64,000 bases of DNA from an uncultured Gammaproteobacteria bacterium (GCA_964474445.1 CAYYSJ010000001.1:206530-270529); one strand, 5' to 3'; positions 50,709 through 60,266 are shown, counted from the first letter of the stretch. Notes: generated by a model from the letters alone, not told the origin. Made by a program: numbers and translations.

Positions 50709-51539
50709 TTATTCCTCGACTGTGCCTCCGAGTTTGGAGACTAATTCTTTAATTTTCGCTGTTGTCAATTCTGGATTTCCTTTGACTTCAATAACCATTC
50801 GAGCCAATTTTTGCGACTGAACAAAGTTAACTCTATCAATCTCGAGAAGTTTCTTCAAATCTTCAGCTGCTCTTTCAAGTGCAGGCACATACATTTTACT
50901 CTTTGCTGTTCGAGGCTCTTTTTTCTCAACTTCTGATTTAATCTTACGAGCCATTTCCTCTGTCTCTCTTACAGTACTGTTTTCTCGAAGGATTTTCTTA
51001 AACAAATCAAGCATCAAGCCTGGGTCTCCAAGGGAAATAAGGGGTCTCACATGTCCTTCAGTAATAACACCTGCAACAAGTGCATCTTTAATAGCATCAG
51101 GAAGAGATAATAATCTGATGGTATTTGAAACAGCTGGTGCACTTTTTCCAACTCTTCGTGCAACTTCGTTGGTCCCAAGACCAAATTCATCAATCAGTCT
51201 TTTATATGCAAGTGCTCGCTCAATTGGATTAAGATCTTCTCTCTGGACGTTCTCAACAATAGACATTTCCAAAATACCTTGTGGTGTTGTTATTTTCACG
51301 ACAACAGGTACTTTCTCAAACCCTAAAATTTTGGCTGCTCTGAGTCTTCTTTCACCTGCAATAAGCTGATATCCTGCTGGAGTGTTTGCAACAACCAGTG
51401 GTTCAAGAATTCCTTGCTCTCGAATGGAATCAACAAGCTCAGTAAGTGATTCGGGGGCAATAACACCTCTTGGTTGGAGTGGATTGAGCTGGATAACGTT
51501 TGTCTCTAGCTCGTATATTCTTTCGTTATTTTCGTCCAT
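50709..51539 (-). CDS. parB: ParB/Spo0J partition protein
   Basis: NPLQPR, IAGERRLRA, ENVQREDLNPIE, HTH. Confidence 0.95.
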   Translation of the reverse strand: MDENNERIYELETNVIQLNPLQPRGVIAPESLTELVDSIREQGILEPLVVANTPAGYQLIAGERRLRAAKILGFEKVPVVVKITTPQGILEMSIVENVQREDLNPIERALAYKRLIDEFGLGTNEVARRVGKSAPAVSNTIRLLSLPDAIKDALVAGVITEGHVRPLISLGDPGLMLDLFKKILRENSTVRETEEMARKIKSEVEKKEPRTAKSKMYVPALERAAEDLKKLLEIDRVNFVQSQKLARMVIEVKGNPELTTAKIKELVSKLGGTVEE

Positions 51540-51545
51540 GGCGGT

Positions 51546-51791
51546 TTAGAGTACTTCAACAACTTTTTTCCCTCGAAGGGTTTTAAATGTAACTGTTCCT
51601 TCTGCAAGTGCAAAAATAGTGTAGTCTTTTCCCATATCAACACCTCGACCTGGGTTGATGCGTGATCCTTTTTGTCTGATAATAATATTTCCTGGAAGTG
51701 CTTTTTGACCACCGTAAATCTTAACGCCCAAGCGCTTTGCTACCGAATCTCTATTTCCTTTTGTTGTTCCTCCTGATTTTGTATGCGCCAT
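51546..51791 (-). CDS. rpmA: 50S ribosomal protein L27
   Basis: MAHTKSGG, RDS..KRLGVK, IIIRQKG. Confidence 0.97.
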   Translation of the reverse strand: MAHTKSGGTTKGNRDSVAKRLGVKIYGGQKALPGNIIIRQKGSRINPGRGVDMGKDYTIFALAEGTVTFKTLRGKKVVEVL

Positions 51792-51866
51792 ATATTAGTA
51801 AATGAATTACTCGTTTTTGTGAAAAGTAGCTATAGTTTAAAACTAATTTTCACAGAATGCAAGGAC

Positions 51867-52217
51867 TTATTTCTCTTTTGTAACCTTTGATTCCTTTGCA
51901 GCTTTTGCTTCTATTTTGTCAATTTTTACTGATGTAACAACTGATCTATGTCCAATAACTTTTCGGTATCGTGCTTTTGCTTTGAATTTTGCAACTCGTA
52001 CTTTTCTGGTCTTTTTTTCTTCAATGACTGTTCCTGCAACAACAACACCTTCTAGTTTTGGTGTACCAATCTGCTTTGTATCTCCATCGACAAACAGCAA
52101 GACATCAGTGAACTCATAAGCATCATTTGGCTTAAGACCAAGCTTATCGACAGCAACGGTATCGCCTTCTGTTACTTTATATTGTTTGCCACCGGATACA
52201 ACAACTGCGTATTTCAT
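51867..52217 (-). CDS. rplU: 50S ribosomal protein L21
   Basis: YAVVVSGGKQYKV, GHR. Confidence 0.97.
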   Translation of the reverse strand: MKYAVVVSGGKQYKVTEGDTVAVDKLGLKPNDAYEFTDVLLFVDGDTKQIGTPKLEGVVVAGTVIEEKKTRKVRVAKFKAKARYRKVIGHRSVVTSVKIDKIEAKAAKESKVTKEK

Positions 52218-52247
52218 ATGTTAATAGCTTTTATTATAGCAGAAACT

Positions 52248-53330
52248 TTACCTGATTTCCAGCACGGATTTTCTGCGGATAGCAGAGCTAATCGAAGAAA
52301 CCAAACCTAAAAAGATGGCATTTGACAGAAGCGAACTTCCACCGTAGGACACAAATGGCAAAGGAACACCAACAATTGGCAAAATACCAATATTCATCCC
52401 TATATTAACAAAACATTGGATAAAAAGAAGCGAAAACGTTGCTGCCACAAACATTTTCTCAAAAAGACTGTCTGTATCTTGAAAAATGATAAACAGCCTA
52501 TACAGTAAAAATCCAAAAGCTATGATAACAAGCATTCCTCCGATAAACCCTAAATCTTCGGAAAGCGTTGCAAACATAAAATCCGTATGACGTTCTGGTA
52601 AAAAACGAAGACTTGATTGTGTTCCTTGCCCAAGCCCTTTTCCAAAAAACATACCAGATCCCACAGCAATCATTGCCTGGATTGCGTTATATGATGTGCC
52701 AAGAGGGTCGTTCGTAAGATGGAGAAACGTGAGGAGACGCTGTTGTTGATACCCATGCAGAAATCGAAAAACAAATGGAATTAGTGCCAAAAGTCCAATA
52801 AGTATTCCTAGAAACCATTTGAGGGGAAAGCCAAAGAAAAGTAATGTAAGCATCGTTGCAAAGATATACATCAATGCACTTCCTAAATCAGGCTGCTTAT
52901 AAATAAGAAAAACAACAGGCATCAGAAATAAGACAACTTGACCAAAAGTCTTGATAGAGGTATTTTGCTTTACAGAAAGAAAGGACGCAAGAGAAATTGC
53001 CAAAAATGGTTTAAAAAGCTCTGAAAATTGAATTCCAAACCCAAAAAACGTAAGCCAGCGAACAGCACCCCTGCTTTCAATTCCTAAAAAAAGCAAAATG
53101 AGAAGACCACTCAAAGACAATATGTAAATAGGCTTGGCTACATCCTCCCACACAGTAAGTTCCATTTGTGTGAAGAAAAGAAAAAGACCGATTGAAATGA
53201 GAGAAAAAAGGAGTTGGTTCCGAAAAAGAACCCCATTTATGGAAAAGAGTGTGGTAAGGCTGATAAAAAGCAATACTAGGACAGGAGCGACAAGCTGCCA
53301 ATCAACTCGTCGTAGTATGTTTAAATTCAT
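52248..53330 (-). CDS. rodA: SEDS peptidoglycan polymerase RodA
   Basis: QPDLG, GSG..GKG, LPERHTDF, LPFVSYGGSS. Confidence 0.9.
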   Translation of the reverse strand: MNLNILRRVDWQLVAPVLVLLFISLTTLFSINGVLFRNQLLFSLISIGLFLFFTQMELTVWEDVAKPIYILSLSGLLILLFLGIESRGAVRWLTFFGFGIQFSELFKPFLAISLASFLSVKQNTSIKTFGQVVLFLMPVVFLIYKQPDLGSALMYIFATMLTLLFFGFPLKWFLGILIGLLALIPFVFRFLHGYQQQRLLTFLHLTNDPLGTSYNAIQAMIAVGSGMFFGKGLGQGTQSSLRFLPERHTDFMFATLSEDLGFIGGMLVIIAFGFLLYRLFIIFQDTDSLFEKMFVAATFSLLFIQCFVNIGMNIGILPIVGVPLPFVSYGGSSLLSNAIFLGLVSSISSAIRRKSVLEIR

Positions 53331-56125
53331 AACCGCTCTACTGTGAATGTTTCCCCTTGAACAAGTTCTGCAACAACCGCTTTCTTTTTAATATATTCTT
53401 CAAAATTCTTTGGCCATGAAGGAAGGGTAACTTTTACCTTCTCCGCAAGAGCTGTTCCAAGTTTCTTTCGTTCTTCTTGAATTTGTCGTGCAATATCCCG
53501 TGCTTCTCCTTCAGCTTTTAATGCTTCTGTTAGTGTTGTATCAAGCTCAATGCGAAATTCTCCAGTTTCCTGGGTAACTTCTTTCACATTTACCTCGTCT
53601 TTCACAAGTTTTAAGAGCTCATCTGGTAAAAATGTTGGAATAGTAACATGCAATTTTCCGAGAGGCTGACGAACTTTGATATTCTGTTCTTTTCTTTGTG
53701 ATAAAGCTTCTTCAACAATTTTCCTAATCTCTTTCATTTGCCCTTCTAACTCGCTATCTATCAAATCTTCATGTAGTAATGGCCATGAAGAAAGGTGCAC
53801 AGACTCTTCCCCGGTTAAATTTCGATATATTTCCTCTGCAATAAATGGCGTAAGCGGTGCCATAAGAGCAGCAAGTGTCGTAAGAATGGTATAGGTTGTT
53901 GCAAAAAAGAGATGTTTGTCTGCTTCATCCTCTGCTCCTGCCTGAACTCTTTCTCGACTTCGTCTGATATACCAGGTAGAAAATTCACTCACAAACTTTT
54001 CTAACGCATTCACTCCACCAACCGTGTCATATCTTTCCAATGCTTCTGTCACCTCTTTATTGAGCGTATTTAAGAGTGACAATATCCATCTATCCAGAAC
54101 ATGCGTACTGGCAGCCGAATTTGTTGGTTCCCATCCGTTTTCATTAGCGTATGTAACAAAAAAGTTATATACGTTCCAGACAATAAGCAAAATGCCTCGT
54201 ACTTGATTGCGGTATTGTTCTTCAGAAATAACGATATCTTCTCCATGCATAATCGGACTACTCATCAGATACAGTCTTAAAGCATCTCCACCATATTTTT
54301 GTAACATGTCTTTTGGATCTGGATAATTTCCAAGATTCTTACTCATTTTCCGACCATCCGTTCCTAAAATAACTCCTTCAACGCCAACATTTTTGAAAGC
54401 AATTGTTTTGTAGAGTGCCCCTCCGATAACATGCAACACATAAAACCACGCACGGATTTGTCCAGTGTATTCAGCAATAAAGTCAGGAGGGAAAAAATCT
54501 TCAAGTTTTTCAGCAGTATTAAAAGGAAAATGCCTTTCCGCAAAAGATGCACTCCCCGCTTCAATCCAGCTATCTAACACTTCAGGAACTCTTTTTACTT
54601 TTTTACCGCATTTTTTACACGTCACAGTGACTTCGTCAATTTCTGGCTTATGCAAATCTGCTATTTTTTGACCACTTGCTTCTTCTAATTCGCTTATTGA
54701 CCCTGGGACAAATCGTTCTCCGCACTCACATTCCCACACAGGTACAGGAGAGCCCCAATAACGGTTACGAGAAATATTCCAATCAGGAGCATGTTCAAGA
54801 CTTTTTAAGAATCTTCCATATTTAAAGTGCTTCGGAAACCAATTCACTTGTTCATTTGTTTCTTTCAGAAGAGGCTTTAGAGTCTGAACATCAACATACC
54901 ACGCATTTAATGGAGCATAGTACAGTCTTGTGTGGCATCTCCAGCAAGTTGGTACAGCATGGACAAACGGTGTATCGTCATACAAAAGCCCTCGTTCTCG
55001 CAAATCATCATTGACGACTGGATTTGCTTTAAGATAATAAAGACCTTTAAACTTCTCAGGAACATTTTTAACAATAATCCCTTCTTCACTCAAATGGGTT
55101 ACAACGGGCACATTGTGCTCTTGCATTGCTTTCAAATCCTCTTCTCCATATGCAGCAATGGTAACAGCACCTGTCCCTTCTTCAGCTGTCACGAAATCTC
55201 CAGGAATGAGAACAAATGCTGTTTTTCCCTCTTCAACTGGATAATCAGCATAATGCGGCTCAAATACTTTCCCAACTAATGTACTTCCTTTTACTTCATC
55301 CACAACTGTATATTCACCCTTGAGCATCTTAAGCGTTGTATTTGCTAAATAGTAGTACTCATTGCCTTGCTTTACTTTAGCATAGGTAAGATTAGGGTTG
55401 ACTGCCAAAACAGGTGTTACTAATTTATTCCATGGAGTTGTTGACCAAGCCAAAATATAGGTATTCTCTTCATCTGTTAATTTATACTTGTATGTTGCAG
55501 CCAAATCTTCCATATCACGATAATTGTCTGCATCCATTGCAACTTCAAAATTTGAAATTGGCGTCGCACAATGTGGACAATAGAGTGAAACTCGAAGCCC
55601 TTTATAAATGTATCCTTTGTCATACATCTGCTTGAAAACCCACATAACAGATTCCATGTATGGAATATCCCAGGTTTTGTATGCATTTTTAAAATCAACC
55701 CAACGAGCAATGTGGTCAACATACCATTCCCATTCACCTGATACTTCACCCACATATAGCTTACATTCATCAATAAATTTCTTGACTCCAACAACTTCTT
55801 CAATATCTTTTTTTCGCTTTATCTGAAGTTTATTCTCAACTTTATTTTCTACAGGAAGACCATGGCCATCCCATCCCCACACTCTTCTTACCTGGTATCC
55901 CTTCATTGTCCAATACCTACCAAAAATATCTTTGTGAATACTTCCCAACAAATGACCATAATGAGGTAATCCTGTAACAAATGGTGGACCATCTAAAAAG
56001 GTCCATTTTTTCTCAGGATTTTTGGAAGTAACTGACTTCTCAAATGTTTTATTATCCTTCCAATACTTGATTGTTTCTTCTTCAAGTTGGGGAAAATTAA
56101 CTTTTGGGTCTACAGGTTTAAACAT
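53327..56125 (-). CDS. ileS: Isoleucyl-tRNA synthetase, type 2; start revised to 56125
   Basis: DGPPF...PHYGH, DWNISRNRYWG, KMSKN; no C-terminal Zn finger; promoter TTGATC-17-TACAAT-6-ATG. Confidence 0.95.
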   Translation of the reverse strand: MFKPVDPKVNFPQLEEETIKYWKDNKTFEKSVTSKNPEKKWTFLDGPPFVTGLPHYGHLLGSIHKDIFGRYWTMKGYQVRRVWGWDGHGLPVENKVENKLQIKRKKDIEEVVGVKKFIDECKLYVGEVSGEWEWYVDHIARWVDFKNAYKTWDIPYMESVMWVFKQMYDKGYIYKGLRVSLYCPHCATPISNFEVAMDADNYRDMEDLAATYKYKLTDEENTYILAWSTTPWNKLVTPVLAVNPNLTYAKVKQGNEYYYLANTTLKMLKGEYTVVDEVKGSTLVGKVFEPHYADYPVEEGKTAFVLIPGDFVTAEEGTGAVTIAAYGEEDLKAMQEHNVPVVTHLSEEGIIVKNVPEKFKGLYYLKANPVVNDDLRERGLLYDDTPFVHAVPTCWRCHTRLYYAPLNAWYVDVQTLKPLLKETNEQVNWFPKHFKYGRFLKSLEHAPDWNISRNRYWGSPVPVWECECGERFVPGSISELEEASGQKIADLHKPEIDEVTVTCKKCGKKVKRVPEVLDSWIEAGSASFAERHFPFNTAEKLEDFFPPDFIAEYTGQIRAWFYVLHVIGGALYKTIAFKNVGVEGVILGTDGRKMSKNLGNYPDPKDMLQKYGGDALRLYLMSSPIMHGEDIVISEEQYRNQVRGILLIVWNVYNFFVTYANENGWEPTNSAASTHVLDRWILSLLNTLNKEVTEALERYDTVGGVNALEKFVSEFSTWYIRRSRERVQAGAEDEADKHLFFATTYTILTTLAALMAPLTPFIAEEIYRNLTGEESVHLSSWPLLHEDLIDSELEGQMKEIRKIVEEALSQRKEQNIKVRQPLGKLHVTIPTFLPDELLKLVKDEVNVKEVTQETGEFRIELDTTLTEALKAEGEARDIARQIQEERKKLGTALAEKVKVTLPSWPKNFEEYIKKKAVVAELVQGETFTVERL

Positions 56126-56131
56126 ACGGCT

Positions 56132-56160
56132 ATTGTAGCCCAAATGGGAATATTGATCAA
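56132..56160 (-). promoter_or_regulatory. Leaderless sigma70 promoter of ileS
   Basis: TTGATC (56160-56155), 17 bp, TACAAT (56137-56132), 6 nt, ATG. Confidence 0.7.
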
Positions 56161-56165
56161 GAAGA

Positions 56166-56453
56166 TTATCTTGACCGTCTTTTATTTCTTGGACCTTTTG
56201 GTCTTCCATCTAAAGTAATTTCTCCTCTATTTCTCCTACGATGACATTTTGCACAAAGACCTCGTCCATTTTCCTTATTTCCTTGACCTCCTAAGCGTTT
56301 CGGAACGATATGGTCTACAGTAAAAGCATCATCTGCTTTATTCCCAGCATGTCTTCGACATTTCCTACCACAAAGTGTACACAAACCACCTTGTTCTTCC
56401 CAAATTTGCACTTTTACACCTTTTCTAAATGGAGTACCTAATTCTTTTGCCAT
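56166..56453 (-). CDS. Small HNH endonuclease
   Basis: CTLC ... VDHIVP..LGG...N...LCAKCH. Confidence 0.88.
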   Translation of the reverse strand: MAKELGTPFRKGVKVQIWEEQGGLCTLCGRKCRRHAGNKADDAFTVDHIVPKRLGGQGNKENGRGLCAKCHRRRNRGEITLDGRPKGPRNKRRSR

Positions 56454-56574
56454 ACGGACAGTGATTATCCCCTATAGTCATATAGAAAGCAATAAAACAA
56501 CTAACGTTAAAAAAGTAGCCAAAGGAGAGACAATTGAGATGCAATCACCCAATAGACCAACAAACACTTACTGT

Positions 56575-56994
56575 CTAACCTGCTCTTCGTAGTCTTGGTT
56601 CTCCTGCTCTTGGTTGTGCTGCAGCACGTCTCATTTCATTCTTTAATCGATCTCTAACACTTCTGTCTGTTCGCTGAGATGCTGCAATTTGCTCAAGAAC
56701 TTGATCATGTTCACCAAAACCAACCCATGCTTGACCTGATAACTGCAAATGGAGCAGTTCTTTTCGTGCTGAAGTATCACTATCTTTTTCTGAATGGTGT
56801 TCTTGACAGAGGTATTGAAGGTTGTCAGATGCGTTAACTTGCTCTGCTGTCCAACCCAAAATATCTCGGGCAATACATTGTGGTGTAAAGTGATCAACGC
56901 TTGTTGCCCTTCTTTGACAACGTTCCCCTGAGTCATCTTCATACTCACATCTGATATCTCGACCTCTGATTCGTGCCTTATCAGGTAATGACAT
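56575..56994 (-). CDS. Small HNH endonuclease-like protein
   Basis: RD.RC...C..ATSVDHFTP...NLQYLCQEHHSEK. Confidence 0.8.
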   Translation of the reverse strand: MSLPDKARIRGRDIRCEYEDDSGERCQRRATSVDHFTPQCIARDILGWTAEQVNASDNLQYLCQEHHSEKDSDTSARKELLHLQLSGQAWVGFGEHDQVLEQIAASQRTDRSVRDRLKNEMRRAAAQPRAGEPRLRRAG

Positions 56995-57026
56995 AAGAAA
57001 AATAGCTTGATGCTTTTTGTGAGGTC

Positions 57027-57051
57027 AAAAAAAATCGGGCAAAAACCCTGA
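57027..57051 (-). terminator. Putative intrinsic terminator after the Ile-rich leader
   Basis: UCAGGGU-UUUU-GCCCGA followed by U8 on the minus strand. Confidence 0.55.
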
Positions 57052-57066
57052 AGTAAGAAGATACGA

Positions 57067-57162
57067 TTAGTTGGTAATTCGTATGCATCCGCTAAGAATA
57101 ATTGGAGAGCCAGTATCAAAAGAAAGAAGTAGAGAAGTTATATGACTATTTGTAAATATCAT
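57067..57162 (-). CDS. Putative Ile-rich leader peptide MIFTNSHITSLLLSFDTGSPIILSGCIRITN
   Basis: 31 aa, 6 Ile (4 in the last 11), followed by a hairpin and terminator, upstream of ileS on the same strand. Confidence 0.45.
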   Translation of the reverse strand: MIFTNSHITSLLLSFDTGSPIILSGCIRITN

Positions 57163-57270
57163 CCATTACCATTATTAGGTACTTATTACTGATTTTGCAA
57201 GGAGGAAAATTATTTTTAAAATAATGGTTATAGTCATTTTATTAGACTTATAATATAATCACCAATAACC

Positions 57271-57594
57271 ATGGCTGTTTCTAAAGATATAGAACAAGTT
57301 GTTGAGTTCCCTAATGGAGTTATTGTAGAACTTGACCCAATAAGAAAACAAGATTGGCGGCGAGGTGTTATTCAGACAGTGGATGGGACACCTGTGCAAG
57401 TTATTCGTCATATAGATCAACAAACAAAAAGGCAAAGACGAAAAGATGGTAAATATGGATGGGAAATAAGAGGATCTAATATTAACCTATACTATAACGG
57501 ATATCAGGGAACATACCGACCTGGTACTCGTATCCTTACTGATGGAGATCCAACAAAAAATCCAAACTTTCGCAGTAGAACTAGAAGGGCATGA
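57271..57594 (+). CDS. Hypothetical protein
   Basis: 107-aa ORF; TATAAT elements upstream. Confidence 0.65.
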   Translation: MAVSKDIEQVVEFPNGVIVELDPIRKQDWRRGVIQTVDGTPVQVIRHIDQQTKRQRRKDGKYGWEIRGSNINLYYNGYQGTYRPGTRILTDGDPTKNPNFRSRTRRA

Positions 57595-58459
57595 GGTCTT
57601 CCTGGACAGTTTCAGGTGAGTCAACTTTTGGCAAGATATAGACATCCTGATACTCTGTTGTTCCAACAAATTTTGCTTTTCCATTTAAAATATTTTCTAA
57701 AGGCTTACAGGCAAAGCATCCACCTTTTGGACACTTGAATTCTTTTTTTGCACGTGCTTCTTTCATTTCTAAAGCAATGGTTAATAGCATGTCATGTGCT
57801 TTTTCCAAATCAGGCAGTGGCATTTCAATTGGTTCATTATCACGTTCTAAATACCAATAACTAATTTTGCTAACAGACCTATTTTGGCAATTTTTAACAA
57901 GCAGCGCATAAATTGGAAGCTGTAATGAGTCTTCTCGTTCTTCTCCAACACCTGTTTTGAAATCAATAATATGAACACTATCAGTTGCAGGGAGATACTC
58001 AAGCCAATCAATTTTCCCACAGAGTAATATATCCTCCTCTTTAGAAAGGTAAAATCTTGGAGGTAAAGAATCTGGCGACACAAGCTTGATTGCCTTATTC
58101 ACAAGTGGGCCCGGATGAAACATAACCCGATTTATCATAATTGCTCCTCTATTTTTATATTCCAGTTCTTGCTCAGTGCTTGTAAATCCACCTAATTCTC
58201 CAGTTACTGAAAGCCATGCTTTATTGTATTGATCAATAAGAGGTTCCTTCAGCCTATCCTCTGCTTTCACAATAGACAAAGCTTCCAAGACCTGATGCAC
58301 CATTTGTCCAAGTGCTAATGGTGGATTGATCAATGTTACTTTGTTATTTGTCTTTGGATCTCTATAAACATGTTTTAAATAGTAAGATCTTGGACAGGCA
58401 AGAAAATCGCTAACTGATGAGTGAGAAATCCAAAGGGGATGAGTTTTTTGCTGCCTCAT
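57581..58459 (-). CDS. PD-(D/E)XK nuclease (RecB/Cas4-like) with probable Fe-S cluster
   Basis: SHSS...CPR, GKID, IIDFKTG, QLPIY, C-terminal CPKGGCFAC. Confidence 0.9.
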   Translation of the reverse strand: MRQQKTHPLWISHSSVSDFLACPRSYYLKHVYRDPKTNNKVTLINPPLALGQMVHQVLEALSIVKAEDRLKEPLIDQYNKAWLSVTGELGGFTSTEQELEYKNRGAIMINRVMFHPGPLVNKAIKLVSPDSLPPRFYLSKEEDILLCGKIDWLEYLPATDSVHIIDFKTGVGEEREDSLQLPIYALLVKNCQNRSVSKISYWYLERDNEPIEMPLPDLEKAHDMLLTIALEMKEARAKKEFKCPKGGCFACKPLENILNGKAKFVGTTEYQDVYILPKVDSPETVQEDLMPF

Positions 58460-58580
58460 ATACTTGAGTATACCAGAAATGAGAATATGGTTCGAGTATT
58501 TTTTTAATTAGTCCTTCGATGATACTGATAGCTATCATAAAAAAAGCTTTAAATAAACCTGACAAAATAGTAAAGACATT

Positions 58581-60266
58581 TCAAGAAGCTGATTTCTGCT
58601 TTGGGACAAAGATGATTATTTCCTTTTCTTCTGGCTTTTCTTCTTCTTTTTTTTCTGATTCCTGTACTTCTTCTTTTTGTTGCGGAATATTTGGAATGAG
58701 AAGTGAGACAAGTGTTCCTCCACTCGTAAAGATACATGCATACAATAGTGCATCTTTAGATGCTGTAACAAGAGCATTATTAATATCATTTTTCACTGCC
58801 TGGATAATGGGAGGAGGACCGGACAGTGTGTCTTGTCCTTTGCCAGGAGTAATATTTTTTGTTTTTTCAATAAGAGTATTTTTCATACCACTAGGTATAT
58901 GAGTATCTGCCTGAATATTTTCAGGAATATGTGTTGTAATAGCACGGGCAAAGATAACTCCGATAATTGCAATACCGATACTTGTTCCTACTTGTCGTAT
59001 CGTTGCATTGACACCAGATGCTTCACCTGAAAATGAGACTGGGACTCCAGATAAAATAATATTTGTCAGTTGTGCTGAACTCATGCCAATTCCCAAGCCA
59101 AAAACAATAAGTGGAGGTGTAAGAGACCAGGGAGAAATGGCAACGGCAATGGATTGTACTAACCAATATGTTCCGAAGGCAAGAAAAAACATACCCAGTG
59201 AAATAATCCACTTAGGACCAATTCTGGACGCAAGAAATCCTGAGATAGGACCAATAAAGAGAATGACAATTGATGAAGAAATAAAGACAAGTCCTGTTTG
59301 AAAAGCGGTAAGTCCTAATACATTTTGTAAATAAAGAGGAAAGATAAAAAAAGCTCCAAATTGTCCTAGTGCAAGAATAAAGAGTGTTATGAGTCCGATA
59401 TTAAACGTTCTGTTGGTAAATAAAGACATACGAAGAAGAGGCATACGACCCATATCTTCCAAATAGAATTCCCATCCAATAAATGCAAGTAAAAAAATAA
59501 TGGCAATATTAAAAACAAATGGAATAATGGATATACTCAATGGCCAATGCCAGCCTAGTAAAGTAAAATCACTTATTGGGGTAATCCATCCAAATCGTTG
59601 CCCTTCTATGAATCCAAAGATGAGACAAAAAAGTCCTATTCCAGAGAATAACACGCCTAAGAAATCAAATTCCTCCCCTTTTTCTCCAAAACTCTCCTTA
59701 ATAAAAATGGATCCAATAATTGCAATGAGTGCAATAACAACATTAATCCGTAAAGACCAACGCCATGAATAATAGGTTGTTAAAAACCCGCCAAAGAGCG
59801 GTCCAATGGTTGCAGAAGCTCCTGCAACAGACCCCCAAACACCAAATGCAACTGCCCGTTCTCGTCCTTGAAATTCACTTACTAATAAAACAAGAGATGA
59901 TGTCAACATCATGGATGCACCAATTGCTTCAATAAGCGCTTCACCGAAAAAAAGCACAAGTATATTTTGTGAAATAGATGCAACAAAAGATCCAACGGCA
60001 AAAAGAATCGTTCCAAGAAGAAATACTTTTTTACGTCCCCATACATCACCTAATTTGCCAACTGTTATCAGGAGTGTTGCGATAATTAATGCATATCCAG
60101 AAATAACCCATTGAATACCGTCAAAACTTGCATTAAGATCCCTGAGAATATACGGGATAGCAACATTCAGAACGGTGTTATCAATAATAACAATGGCAAG
60201 TCCTAATGCTATAAAAACGAGAGCAATCCATCGATATCGTTCTGTTGCAAGATAAGAAAAATCCAT
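58581..60266 (-). CDS. MFS transporter, DHA2 (EmrB/QacA) family
   Basis: IDNTVLNVAIP, GKLGDVWGRK, GPLFGGFL, WRW; 14-TM pattern. Confidence 0.93.
   Translation of the reverse strand: MDFSYLATERYRWIALVFIALGLAIVIIDNTVLNVAIPYILRDLNASFDGIQWVISGYALIIATLLITVGKLGDVWGRKKVFLLGTILFAVGSFVASISQNILVLFFGEALIEAIGASMMLTSSLVLLVSEFQGRERAVAFGVWGSVAGASATIGPLFGGFLTTYYSWRWSLRINVVIALIAIIGSIFIKESFGEKGEEFDFLGVLFSGIGLFCLIFGFIEGQRFGWITPISDFTLLGWHWPLSISIIPFVFNIAIIFLLAFIGWEFYLEDMGRMPLLRMSLFTNRTFNIGLITLFILALGQFGAFFIFPLYLQNVLGLTAFQTGLVFISSSIVILFIGPISGFLASRIGPKWIISLGMFFLAFGTYWLVQSIAVAISPWSLTPPLIVFGLGIGMSSAQLTNIILSGVPVSFSGEASGVNATIRQVGTSIGIAIIGVIFARAITTHIPENIQADTHIPSGMKNTLIEKTKNITPGKGQDTLSGPPPIIQAVKNDINNALVTASKDALLYACIFTSGGTLVSLLIPNIPQQKEEVQESEKKEEEKPEEKEIIIFVPKQKSAS

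Noticed and set aside
51818-51854. parS site near parB
   Set aside because: Half-sites are separated and oriented differently from TGTTTCACGTGAAACA
56126-56209. 28-aa N-terminal extension of IleRS
   Set aside because: It overlaps the HNH gene and the ileS promoter; MFKPVDPK is the natural start
56995-57270. T-box riboswitch for ileS
   Set aside because: No T-box antiterminator consensus (GGTGGNACC) or specifier stem visible on the minus strand
57581-58459. CRISPR-Cas locus suggested by the Cas4-like nuclease
   Set aside because: No repeat-spacer array or other cas genes seen in the window
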